From Octopus sinensis (taxonomy: Eukaryota): DNA of 64,000 bases. Below are positions 40,601-53,000 of the stretch, piece after piece. The notes under the pieces are model-generated. The model was not told where the DNA came from and did not search any database. It saw only the letters and a list, made by a program, of their open reading frames with translations. Numbering within the stretch: the first letter of the stretch is position 1; each line of letters begins with the position of its first letter. Location of the stretch: assembly GCF_006345805.1 (NCBI RefSeq), contig NC_043006.1, positions 41,168,001-41,232,000 on the forward strand, given 5' to 3'. Position numbers and translations under genes: made by a program.

Positions 40601-40875
40601 AGATGCAAAACGTACTTAAACTTTCACCTAAAATTGATTAACAACCTACCTAACTAGCTACCTACCTATCTAACTACATATCTACTTCCCTACTTACCAA
40701 CGTACATACAGATCAATAAAGAAGTACATATGAAAGTACGTATATACGAAAGTGCTTAAAGATATTCATACATTCTCACACATAGGCGTACACATGGCGA
40801 TACATAAGACAACTAATACTTATGCACATATACAGGCGTGCAATGCAGTACGTGTACACACACACACATAAATAC

Positions 40876-40910
<35 letters not shown>

Positions 40911-41752
40911 TATATTTATATACACACACATATTGATATACATATATGTATATATTTATCTATCTATATATGTATGTGTGTGTCTGCGTGTGCGTGTGTG
41001 TAGAAAACCAATTGAAACGACTAGATTATTCTATTTGCATTCTGATTTCAGCTATCGCCGAGATCTATAATAATATACTTGCCGAGTGCAGTGGATGTTC
41101 CGGACTGTGAGAACGCTGAAGAAGATGGTTCCAATATTTGTCTCTGCATTTCTGTTCCAATTCTGTGTTGTTGCCTATGAAATACGAAATGTCTGCTGCA
41201 ACAATCCTTTCATTTTAAAGATTTGTCCAAATATTTTGGATGTGATTACTAGATTACTAGTTTGTCTGGAGTATCGAAAGAAATTCTCAATAGTCCCTCT
41301 GAGTAGCAGCTGCATGATCTGACACTTTTTGTGCATCCTATTTTCTACTACCATCCGATGTAAGGGCAAATCATGGCCCATCCACCCATCTACCTGTTTA
41401 TCTATTCCATGAGTCTCCAGATTCATAAGGTTATCTGGTTTCAATAGTGTGTAAGTCACCGGGATCACAAAATTCCCCTTCTGAACAAGACACCGGTCCG
41501 TTGCAGGTTCCTAGATCAGCAAGTCTGAAGAGAAGCACAAGTTGACTACAGGAAAGGATGAAAGGCAATGCTGAATTCGGTAGGATTCGAAATCAGAAAC
41601 TCCGGATTTCTTTGAAGTTTGTCTCCTTTTCGTAACCCTGGATAGGGGCCCATACCGTGTATTGTCAGCCGGAGCCAGCTGAGCCCGGAACTCGTGTCAG
41701 GCAGGGTCGTAACTCCCTGAAGTTATGAAGAAAATCGCTACCCACTACCCAC

Positions 41753-42322
41753 ACTCAGCCACCAATCAGTGATAAATATCTCCTCAGTTGCTGCCTCTAA
41801 AACATCTACTATAGACTCAAAATAAAGATCTCCATCAACAAACCAGGTTCCATGGGAATCAGTTCGAACTGGAACAAAAGAATTAAACCGTTTCTCTTCA
41901 GTGCATTCTTTACCCGTTCCTTCAGCAATAATTTTAATCCGATCAGACCATTCCACCTGTTTTCGATGTGTCCAGAATCTAGACAGTAGTTCTCGGCAAG
42001 ACGCTTTTATCAGAATTCCATGAAGTACACCAGTTTTAAAATAACCAGATTTTACATCAAAATCTGAATCGAGTAAAATTACATCTCGGACAGCACCATC
42101 GTGTGAACGGAGGAAGGTAAACAATGTGTCTTTTATGATGAACCATCTTTTATGCCAAGTTATGCCAACATGGAACATGTTCTTACAATACAGACAACTC
42201 GCAGACCGACCTCCAGGAGATTTCATTACCATATCACCTCTCCTTTTACAACGAAGTTTTTTAATAAAAGACAGGCGGCTGATTTCTCAGGATTTTAGCA
42301 TTTCTATATGATTTCTGTACAT
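41753..42322 (-). pseudogene. PLD1: Processed phospholipase D (PLD1/2-like) fragment: end of PX, PH domain and start of the catalytic region
   Basis: One frame of 190 codons: [19 protein letters not shown]...MKSPGG...WHKRWFIIKD...RFNSFVP...WFVDG..YF....D.LEAATEEIFITDWWLS, collinear with PLD1 (MYRN...ISQLSFI...MKRSGG...WSKRWLIVKD...EEIFITDWWLS). In-frame TGA at 42287-89; no introns. Confidence 0.9.
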
Positions 42323-42341
42323 TCTATCTATCTATCTATGA

Positions 42342-42437
<96 letters not shown>

Positions 42438-42480
42438 GCCTGTCTGTCTATCTGTCTATCTATCTATCTATCTATCTACC
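42323..42480. repeat. (TATC)n/(TGTC)n microsatellite
   Basis: Directly visible; abuts the 5' end of the PLD fragment. Confidence 0.95.
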
Positions 42481-42561
42481 TACCTGTCTATCTGGGTACC
42501 TCTCTCTCCCTCCTTCTCTCCATCTCCCACTCTCTGTCTGTCTGTATGCCTGTCTGTCTGA

Positions 42562-42609
<48 letters not shown>

Positions 42610-42654
42610 GAATGGTGTGTGTGTATGTTTCTGTTCACGTGTGTATTTGCGAAA

Positions 42655-42835
42655 CCGATGTTTGTTTGTTTACGACCCCGTAACATAACCGTTCAGCCAA
42701 ACACCTATAGAATAAGTATCAGACTTTAAAATTACTACTGGGATCGATTTGTTCGATTGAAAACCTGCCAAGGCGACGCTCCAACATAACCGCATTTTAA
42801 TGACTGAAAGAAATGGAAGATAAAGATAATTAAGT
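42655..42835 (+). mobile_element. Decayed SINE family A tail half
   Basis: tttacgaccccgtaacataaccgttc...tagaataagtatc...gatcgatttgttcga...aatgactgaaag. Confidence 0.7.
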
Positions 42836-44984
42836 TGACGAGTCAATATATCATTTTGTTTATATCTTACAGACAAGGTATAAATCTTCATCTCATTGAA
42901 CTTACCCGTCTCTTTCGGCTGCAGACTTATCTATCTTGCAGCTCTCTTACCACTCCTTTGTCGAGCTTTGCTCGTATCTTCACACATGTAACATTTTTTT
43001 TTATTAACTAATTACGTGACACGTCATATAGCAAATAAATTATCTATTTTTTCAAATATTCGCTCCCTCTTCCTCCCTCTGCCTTCACTGCTGGGCGATA
43101 GAAACAGTGGATAATTACGTACGATCGCTCAGAGGTTTCTATTAAAATTGATTCAAGCGAGCTCAGTAGCATTCTCATAATTCTATTTTCTCTCACTCGT
43201 TCCTTGTTTTCCTCTCATTCCCTCACTCAAATCGTTAGTGAGCACACGCACGCTCTCATATATATATATACATATACACATACATTCTTATTTACTCACT
43301 CAATCAATGTCACACATACACACACATGTACCCACACACTTTCGACACCACCATTTCTCTCTCTTTAACTTTTTCGTGTTTTTAACCAGTGAAGTTATTT
43401 TACAGCGAGACTAATTAGTTTTTTTCTTATGTAGAATTGATTTTATTAGTTTTTACGAGAGTCACGGGCCAAGCTCTTAGCCTTTTCATCACTTCCTAGA
43501 CGGACAAACAACGTGATTTAATTGTGGTCAATCAGGAATTTAAACGATTTAACTGTTACAATTCAGTGAAAAACACGAGTAAATAAGTTATGGTGTGATT
43601 TCAGGGCGGTATTCTTGGGCAGATGTTCTATTAGGGAAACTTGGATGTATGACAAATTACTGGAATGAGATCAATACTTTGAAATAGCAAACCTTCAGAA
43701 TTTTCAATTTTCAGTTTGTTCGTTGCCGCACAAGAACTTCGTATTCTTTCTGTTTGTCTTCTTTTCGATCACTCTTTATAGCTCTCGAGGTTTTTAAAGA
43801 ACTCTCTGATTTCCTTGTATCTCGGGAGGGTCATTCTGCCAACAATAAACACAGGCACTAGTTCTGTATCCCGTATTTTATTTTTATAATTCAATTGGTT
43901 AACTATCTAACCAATTAATTAATCGATTGTTTTATTAATCGATCGGTCAATCAATCATTCAGTTAGAATTGTTAAAGTATTTCCATCGCCATTCGCAATC
44001 TCATCAATGAAATGCCCTCTTTTTCTCCAGTTGTTTCAAAACACGAGTTCACATCTAGAAAGTTGCAAACAAAATGCATAAATGAAATACTGTGTGTTTG
44101 CTCTGCATTGAATACACAGAATTAATAATTGAATATAATAAAGAAATAAATATAATATATGAAAATGAAATTAAAAATAAATATAAAGATAAAACTCATA
44201 ATATATAAGAAAATAAGTATACAAACTAGTTTCGTTTCTCAGTTGTTTGTTTCATGAATTCAGTAAAACTGATTTATCACCAATTGATAAACTACCAGAG
44301 AATTATCCATTTTCTCCGCTTAACCATTATATATTATTTATTTGTAACGCTATTGCATTACAACCTACCATAGGGTTCGAACTCAGCACTGCTAGATAAC
44401 TACATCCGATGCCAATTTTCAGTTCATCCATAACTTGGATACGTTAGATAGATTTCGAAAAGGTAGTTGTCCTATTTGTCTTACTTCATGTTACCAATCT
44501 GTTACTTCAAATCTCTTAAATGTTTTAAGACACATTTATTCCTTCACCCGACCCACAACCCAGTACTTTCAACGCTACAGTCCTGATCTACAATTTTACG
44601 CACATTTTAAAATTTCAAATGTTATAAAATATTCCACAGAAGTTTGAGTCCTGCCCATGTTTCCCAAAGATGGGTTTCTTCCTGTGTATGTTTTTAGTGT
44701 TTGGATATTTCCTGAATGAAAACTCAAGAATAATCTGGTAATTATAATTTTCCAATTAACGTTATGATAAAAGGAAATAATTGGTGTTTAGTTGTTTAGC
44801 CGAAGGTCAGCTCTGACCAAACGAAGCTATCTCATTTTCTTTCGGGCATAATCTTTTTTCCCTCCAAGCTCCAGACTCCTAAGGCTGGTTACTTGATTTC
44901 CATAGCGTATAAGCGATCGAAATCACATCACACTCCCTGGCCTGTCTGTCGCAAAATTCAAAGCCAATAATTTTGAAGTGAAGG

Positions 44985-45155
44985 GACAAGCCGACTAAAT
45001 TGATTCTGATATGTGACAGGTACTTCATATTTATCGACCTCGCGAGATAAAATGTAAAACCGATCAGGGCGTGATTTAAACTCAGAACGTAAAGATACGG
45101 AAGAAATGCCACTAAGCATTGAGATCGATGCACTTACGGTTCTGCCACCTCGCAG
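44985..45155 (-). mobile_element. Decayed SINE family B
   Basis: aggtacttcatatttatcgacc...tttaaactcagaacgtaaag...gaaatgccactaagca...ttctgcca. Confidence 0.7.
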
Positions 45156-46112
45156 CTTTTGCATCTAGGATTACATTATTCAATGTATCTTTCGCTATTT
45201 AAACACGTTAGTGTGTGATATGAGGTAAATTTGGCTGCTATTTCGAGCAGATTGGGCAACTACATAAAAGCTTTCTTATCGTTCAATCGGAAAAATGTAT
45301 TGGTTTTAAAAACGATACTGGTCTGTAAATAGATCTCCAAAAGGAAGATATATTTAAAAAAAGATGGTTTCCAGCGTAATAAATTACATATTTCTTTATT
45401 GCCCACAAGGAGCTAAACATAGAGGGGACAAACAAGGACAGACAAACGGATTAACTCGATTACATCGACAGCAGTGCGTAACTGGTACTTATTTTAATCA
45501 ACCCCGAAAGGATTAAGAGTTGTAATTAAATACCGCAACCGTTTCGTCCAATGTAATAATTATTTTGCCAATCATTCTACATAGATTTGTATTCGTGGTT
45601 CCCATCTTTTGCAGTGACATATTTTGGTAAGTATGTCATCTTCCGTGGCCTTGATCTAGCGGCTATGAGTGTTCGATTCATATCTGTAATGTCATTCATT
45701 TGATACCTAGACCGGCAGGTGCGTTATGTGCTTGAGCAAGAACTTCGTTTCCTATTAGTTCAGTTTAGTCATTCCTATATGAATAACGACTATGTTTCTG
45801 ATAAGGCTTCTCTCCCTCCAACTGTCACATCTTTGATGCTTTGCTGTGTAAATGAGCGAAAGCCGATGATGTCTTTGTCCGTTCACAATTACACAGTAGA
45901 AACAATCAATCAAAGCTTGCCGGAAATAACCAAGCCATACACGCTCATGGGCGGCGTTTAGCTGTACATTTTGTTTTAAATAAATTACGCGGCGAACTGG
46001 ACGCTCAATACTTTTCGTTATGGCGCTTCTACACAAAAGAAGCACTCCTTAAATTCGCTGTGATATGTTTGCATATTTCCTCCAAGAAATATATAGCAAA
46101 TAAACAATCATA

Positions 46113-46408
46113 GATTTCGTTTTTGGAGTTGGTTTGCAAGATTCTTTATATGAGTTCGTGTGTTGAAGTATATTCTGTTGTGTCTGGGGAGAGTCATTCT
46201 CTTTTAGTGCCTCATAATGTAACACACTCACCTGTATCTCCTAAAATTTTCGTTGTGTTTTGCAACCTTTATAACAGTCTTATTGAAAATGTTGCAAGAC
46301 GCAACGAAAGTTTTAGGAAAATAAAAATAAGAAATTAGTGGAAATTTTACCTGTGAGTGTGTTACATTATAAGGCACAAAAAGAAAATTACTCTCTCCAG
46401 ACACAACA
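46113..46408. repeat. Foldback repeat family H, copy 1
   Basis: Homologous to 53001-53233; outer arms from 46176 to 46408 and inner arms cctaaaattttcgttgtgttttgcaac / gttgcaagacgcaacgaaagttttagg. Confidence 0.85.
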
Positions 46409-48067
46409 AAACAATCATAGAATTATAGAAAAAATCTATAATAAACGGCTTCCCAACTAGAACTTCACTTCTGCTTTCATGCATAATATATCGCGATATT
46501 TAAGACTATATTCTGTAACGTATTCTTCGGGACTTTTAAACGTAAAAAAAACTTGTTATTTTAGTGCTAAGATCAGCTCTGACCAAACTGATCTATGATC
46601 AAAAACGTTCACGCTGTAAAAATCCTGCTTTTGTCTTGTGGTGTATCTAGAGCTACATTGTTCAATGTGTCCACCTTCTCCGTTTAAAGACATTACCGTA
46701 CGAACTGTTGATTTGGAAGTGCTAAAATACAGTAATGCCAAACTGGATTGAATCAAGAGTTACTGAAGATTCTCAGATTCATAGAACATAATAAATTATC
46801 ACCGTGGATAGGATATGAACTACCTATCTCTTAGTTGGTTGTGAGAGAAGCTTGCAACTCAGCCCTTCTAAACTTCAGCATAGACATTTAAAACAATAGA
46901 CTAAACTAATTTATATTCACAGTCCAAATTAAACGTTTGAAAGAGGAGGCTGGGGAAACTTAAAATGTTTGATCTAGGTAATCAGTTAGACTGTATTCTG
47001 ATAAATCGATTTATAACGTTTTGGAAGAAATTACACTTGATTTCATTTTATATAAAAATTTTAGATATAAAAAACAATAAATTTTATGAATTTACATCAA
47101 TAACTTAAGCATATCTTTGGAACGTACAATGAAAAGCCGAATATTAAAGACTACCCGTATGTTGATTTTACTATATTTTCTGTTTCACACTGCTTTGAAA
47201 AAACTCATGATTTTTTTTTTTAATACAAAAGTATAGTAAATTGAGAAAACGCAGACTATTCAAAAGGAATCAATATAACGAACCATTGACAAATTATCGA
47301 TATAATTCTATTAAAATTCTATTAAAAATGTATATATACATATAAATAATGTTAGAAACATGCGATGATTAAATCTGAAAAGTTTAAAATATATTTTTTT
47401 AATATTTTTGGAAACCAACTGTAAACATTTGGAAATGGTTTTTCACTTTTTTGTTTTGCTTTTAAATAAGTTGTAGGCTGGTGTTGTGTGTGTGTGTGAT
47501 ATAAAATCGAAATCTAAACTGTGTTCACCACTAACTACACAAACTGAATAGCAGTATTAAAGTGGAAGTGAATGATATACACCAATAGTATATTTGACAG
47601 TTTTTGCTTCAGAAAATTTCCTCTCTACTTTGCACAGGATCGAACCGATTTACGTTTCGTTACAGTTTTTTTATCCACTTTATTTTTCACTTTAATGACT
47701 TGATGAATGGGAACAGTTATTAATCAATGAATGTTTGAAATGCTATTCTCTCATTTTTCCCTTGGACATACATTTCTGCCTTCATTTCAAATTTATTACA
47801 ATTTCATCTTTATATTTATTGTCGTGCATTTTGTTGTTTTTTCTATTATTATAATACTTTCTGTGTGGTTAAGATTCTTATTTTGCAACCGCATGGTTTC
47901 GGGTTCAATCCTTCTGCTCAACACTTTGGGCAAGTGCCTTTCTACTGCACTGGGCCAAACCATTGTTAAACCCCAACTCGGATGGATTGTATTATATCAC
48001 ATATGGTATAATTAAAAACAGGGCAAAATTTAGCCATTTCTCCGCAGGCTGAAACAAATGATGAACA

Positions 48068-48110
48068 ACCTTAATCAATTTTCGAACCTTATTGGCTTCT
48101 CATCAGAGGC
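48068..48110 (-). ncRNA. Minimal type-I hammerhead ribozyme motif (HHR-2)
   Basis: gcct-CTGATGA-gaagcc-aataa-ggttc-GAAA-a-ttga-t-TA-aggt. Stem I is 3 bp plus G.U, stem II is 5 bp with one bulge, and the helix III 8-mer AATTGATT is self-complementary with two G.U pairs. Confidence 0.72.
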
Positions 48111-48498
48111 GTCTACACAATTCTGACACTCAGCCATACTGTTTATATACTCAACAAAGGCAGTAGTTACTCCATGAAGGAATCCCTAATTTGCATACCA
48201 AAAGTGTTTAACACTCTATAAATATCAGCGGCCTGTGAACGGGGATCTTAGTCCGTAATTCAAAAGACAAAGTCATTTGAAGTGCGTTAAGGTTAAACAT
48301 TGAGGGCTCAACCCCTTAGATGTCAATTAAGGATCAAGTAACTCGGTTGATCGGACAAATGAATCCACCACATGGACGAATGTCGGTGATGCAAAAATAT
48401 TTCAACTTGCAAAAAGGAGAAATCTTACGACAGAAAACGATCCTATTCGAGGCGATAGCAAACACTACATAATCCGAGAGCCCGGCCATTTGAACCTA

Positions 48499-48890
48499 CC
48501 AGGTGGTATCAAAAATTTCTCCCGGACTAGTTATGTTTAATAAAAAAATAACTTATTTACCAAAATTTTAATATTATCTTCTTCGAAATAGTCCCCTTGC
48601 GCAGCAATACACCGGTACTAGCATTCCTGCCACTTTTGGAATCCGTCCCGGAAGTCGTTTTTCGTAATCGAGTCGAGCACCTTCTGTCATTCACTCTTGT
48701 CGGTGTTAAAACTGAAACCGTTCAGCTACATTTTCATTTTGGGATGGAGATGAGGTCAGCAGGTGCTAAATCTGGCAAACAAGGCGGGTGCAGAAGTGAC
48801 ACCATGTTTTTGGCGGGAAACTCACGAGTGAGGAGAGCTCGGTGACAGGGTGCATTGTCGTCGTGAAGAATTCAATTCTTCGCGCCTGAA
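48499..48890 (-). mobile_element. 3' fragment of a mariner element
   Basis: Minus strand ILHDDNAPCH...HPPCLPDLAPAD...FQKW....RCIAAQGDYFE; TIR-like end ccaggtggtatcaaaaatttctcccggact next to TA (48497-98). Confidence 0.8.
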
Positions 48891-49109
48891 ACAAACTTCC
48901 TGTACTCATGACACTTTATCAATCAACAGCAGGTGGAGGTTTCAGCGAAATAATTCTTTGCCTCGAAGGACATGAACTGGTATCAGCTTGGGGGTTAAAA
49001 ATCTGCTAGAAAGGTGGCTTCAGATGATGCAACAAGTTGGCCTCTAACTTTGGATGCGAGGTTGCCTTTGTTGTAACCTGACGAATAAAGCAAATATGTC
49101 ACCAAAAAT

Positions 49110-49300
49110 ATTCTTTTCTACTCTAGGTACAACGAAATTTTTGCGGAGGGGGCCAGTCAATTAGATCAACCCCAACTGGTACTTAATTTATCGACCCCCG
49201 AAAGGATGAAAGGCAAAGTTGACCTCGGCAGAATTTGAACTTAGAACGTAAAGAAAGACATACGAAATACTGCTAAACATTTCGCCCGGCGATATCGCCT
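49110..49300 (-). mobile_element. SINE family B
   Basis: actggtacttaatttatcgacccccgaaaggatgaaaggcaaagttgacctcggcagaatttgaacttagaacgtaaag. Confidence 0.85.
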
Positions 49301-51287
49301 TATGTCACCAAAATAACACAAAACTTTTGACTCAACGCAATAACAAATCTATTGTAAATCCCCTATCTGGTCACTCTATCTACAAGAAATAGTAACCGAA
49401 ACTCCCTTATATCACAAAGAAATATAATTTGAAGGCATGATACTAGATACTGGAAAATAAAGTGATGGTCATAAATGGAATGTTTTCGACTATCGAATTC
49501 ACTTGATTAAGGCTGACCTGACAAAGAAATCGATTATATTGATTGAATAACCAATAAAATTATACCCTGTGACAAGTCCAAAGAGGAATTCTGAAATTAC
49601 ATTTAAGTAGTAATAATATATACGATGACTAGCTAACTGACTTTCGTTAAAGAAATAAATATGACATTGACAAATTTACAGAAAAAACAACATAGAATTC
49701 AGTTTATCGATGCTTGTAAAGTATCATTACATTACGTCATATTAATCAATCGAATTGAAATGATCTCAACCTAACATTTTATATATTATACTTAGTGAGT
49801 TTAATTTGGGACTAAGTCAGGAGACAAATTGAAATGCTAAAACGTATTTTGTCAGTTCAACAAAAGAGAGCAGACAACGTATATACATTCGCAACCCACC
49901 ACAAATAGACAGATACATGTATGTGTATATAAATGTATATATACTAATATGTGTATCTGTGTATGTCTGCATATATGTGTGTATATGTTAGTATGTGTGT
50001 AAATGAATGAATGTATGTGAGTGTTACACTATTTAGAAGAATAAAATCTGAGTAGCTATATATAGTTAATGATATAGCCCTTCAGTAATTATATATCATG
50101 TCTCGCGGTTCAGTTTCGAGTAATTCTGAATAGTCATAAAAACGAACAAAATATAACTGCTTCACGCGAGTACGAGTAACTCATACAAAATTATTGCTTT
50201 GAACGGAGATCAGTTTCCGTTACAGTAAAGTACAGTCGAAGATATTGTAAAATATATGACTCATTACATATTGAAATTGACTGCTGAGGGTGAGTTATTT
50301 CCTTTTGATATGTTTAAAACATTGAGATGAAAGCTGCTTTTAATATAACTGAGTTATAGGAATTTTAAGTGAACCACTTTTGAGTAACGAATATGGAAAT
50401 GTCAGTGAGTTGAATTTATGATTACGTTAATTAATAAGTGTAATGTTAGATATTGAGTTTGTCTTTCTGGCAGTGATTTGCGGTATAAACGAATTACTGA
50501 GACTTTAGAGATAGTGAATATCTGATAATGAGTTAAAACTAAGAAGCAGAAGCGTGATTAGGCTTACTTGTGGTTAATAATTAAATATTAATCCATTCAA
50601 TCAGTGTTTCAGAATATATATATATCGAAGTGGTGGTACTTGGTGAATATGTCTGACCTAATATTTATTTAGGTAGCCGTTTTTAACATCTATAAATGGC
50701 CTATATTTTTCGAGATGTCAAATACACTGCAGTGTTCTTTCAAAAGTCCAGGTTTCTTAGGATAGTTTAGTTACATTCCTGTTTTCTATAGCATTAAAAG
50801 AAGCAGTGTCATTAAAGTATTATCTTTTGAATTTGCCCTTCACCACACGCATTGTACATGGTTTATTTAGGTTTTATTGGATGGAATTACTTCTGACCCA
50901 TAAAAATCGCTTCAACATTGTATAATTAGTTATGAGACTAACATTTGTAAACCTGCATTTCATTTAGTCTCGTTATATCTAGTTTACATGTCACTGACTA
51001 TTCGTATAAGTAATACAACTATAACTCACTTTTAGGATATTTCTGTTAAATAATTTTCTCGTGATTAGTGAGAGTTATTACGATGAAGGCATTTCTAACA
51101 ATATCAAATTTAACTTTTAAGGAAAAGAGAGACATATTAATCAGATTACGTTACAGCGTCTTTTCTTAATGCTGGAAGGTAACGAAGACGGGTTTCGTAC
51201 TATAAATCATAAACCATTAAATATATACTACATATATACTACATAAGTACTCTTTCATCTGTCCGTGCATCTAGACTTAGACATACA

Positions 51288-51319
<32 letters not shown>

Positions 51320-51326
51320 CATATAC

Positions 51327-52492
51327 TTCGGTGCTATGAAAAAGCTCGAGATGACCCTTCAATCACATACATGAAGCGGTTAAAACAATACTGGGACGAA
51401 ACTCATCCCAACTTAAATACCTTTCCGTCGAAATAGCTCCGACAGCAAGCATCTTTTGTAAAAAAAAAAAAAAAAAATCAACTAGGCCTCAATCCTCCCA
51501 AAACACTGAGAATGGTCAAAATCTACCAGAAGCGGCGTAGAAAATAATGTAAACAAACCATCGCTCCCGCCATCGCTAAATTCGAGTGTGTCTCCAAATT
51601 TAACTGATCCAGTAGCGAAGACTGTGGAATACATCCAACTCAAAAGCATTTTAAACTTACGATTTTGCTACTTTCTCGAAGCATTCATTGAGCAACAGGC
51701 TGTTCCCAACTAGAGTGAGAAAAAAATCCTATCGAGCTAATGTTTAAGGTTATCAACGATGTTGCTGGAGAGCACATGGAATCATGTGATGTTAATTGCT
51801 GGAATATTAATACTCTTATATACACAGCCGCTATTACTCTTAAAGAACACATAGGAGGAATCTAGAGTGAACAAAGTAATGAAATTACTAAACGGAAACA
51901 ACCTAGATGGAAAACAAACTTGAAGAAAACATCAACAACGTGCGCTGCCATATTGGATATTTAACTACAGCAATAAAATGTAAGGAGAAAAATGAGCTTA
52001 CACCTCGCCAACTCTACCTTAGACGAAAATCAATGCAACTTTATAGCAACTCTTCACATCGACCTCTTAAGAGAAAGCTAATCACTTTAAAACATGAACT
52101 CAGGACGACGAGCGAGAAACTCGGTCATCGCAAGCGAATTTTTGAACGTGCCATTATCAATCGCAAGTTTGTTTCCAACCCACAAGCATTATACAGGGAG
52201 ATGAGGAAGGAAAATATTACCATTAAGAAAGCTCTCTCGCAAGAAGATCTGCTATCATTCTGGTCAACAATTTGGAACGAAAGGAAGGATTTCAACTTGC
52301 CCTGCAGATATAAATATCTCTTTCACTAGGTTTTTTTTTAGTAAATGCTTAAAGAAGAATTTGGATAAACTGGGACTTTCAGAAAGAGAAATTGACCGGC
52401 TGATTCGTACATTACAAGTTCAATCTGTGAGTGGAATAGTAAATATATGCAAGACTTTTCTCAAGTTCGAAATGTGGATTCGACTGTGTTAA
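51327..52492 (+). mobile_element. Internally deleted RLE-type (R4/Dong-like) LINE
   Basis: N-terminal remnants (NTLIYTAAITLKEHIG; NRKFVSNPQALYREM...FWSTIW) joined near 52300 to the C-terminus KCLKKNLDKLG...LQVQSVSGIVNICKTF; no RT between them. Confidence 0.7.
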
Positions 52493-52596
52493 ATATGTTC
52501 CAAAAATGGAGCGTTGTATCTTTGTTGGAAACAGTCTCCCTTCTCAGTGGAAAATTTATAATAATTAAAAAACAGAAGAGACATACATACACAAAC

Positions 52597-52655
<59 letters not shown>

Positions 52656-52664
52656 CACACACAC

Positions 52665-52717
<53 letters not shown>

Positions 52718-53000
52718 TATATTATATTATATTATATTATATGTGTGTGTCTCTCTCTGTGTGTATGCAAGCGTGTTTGTATGTATGTCATTTGTGTATA
52801 AGTTGGTATATTTATATATAAATTTTTAGAAATAGAAGAGAAACAAAATACGTGAGTGAAAGACAAATGGAAAAGATAGTATAAAGAAGACAAGATTCTA
52901 TTACGCGGGCGGAAATATAACGTAACCATAGCTTTACCTTCATTGAAACATATTTTCATTTGCCCATAATCTTTAAATTAATTAAATTATCTAATTAAAT

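Noticed and set aside
41738-42232. PLD segment as a live exon of a host gene
   Set aside because: Homology continues upstream through an in-frame stop into a microsatellite, there is no polypyrimidine acceptor or good donor, and no other PLD exons were found in the window.
48189-48224. Octamer ATTTGCAT followed by TATAAATA
   Set aside because: Both words are expected by chance in 64 kb of AT-rich DNA, and no downstream gene or snRNA is evident.
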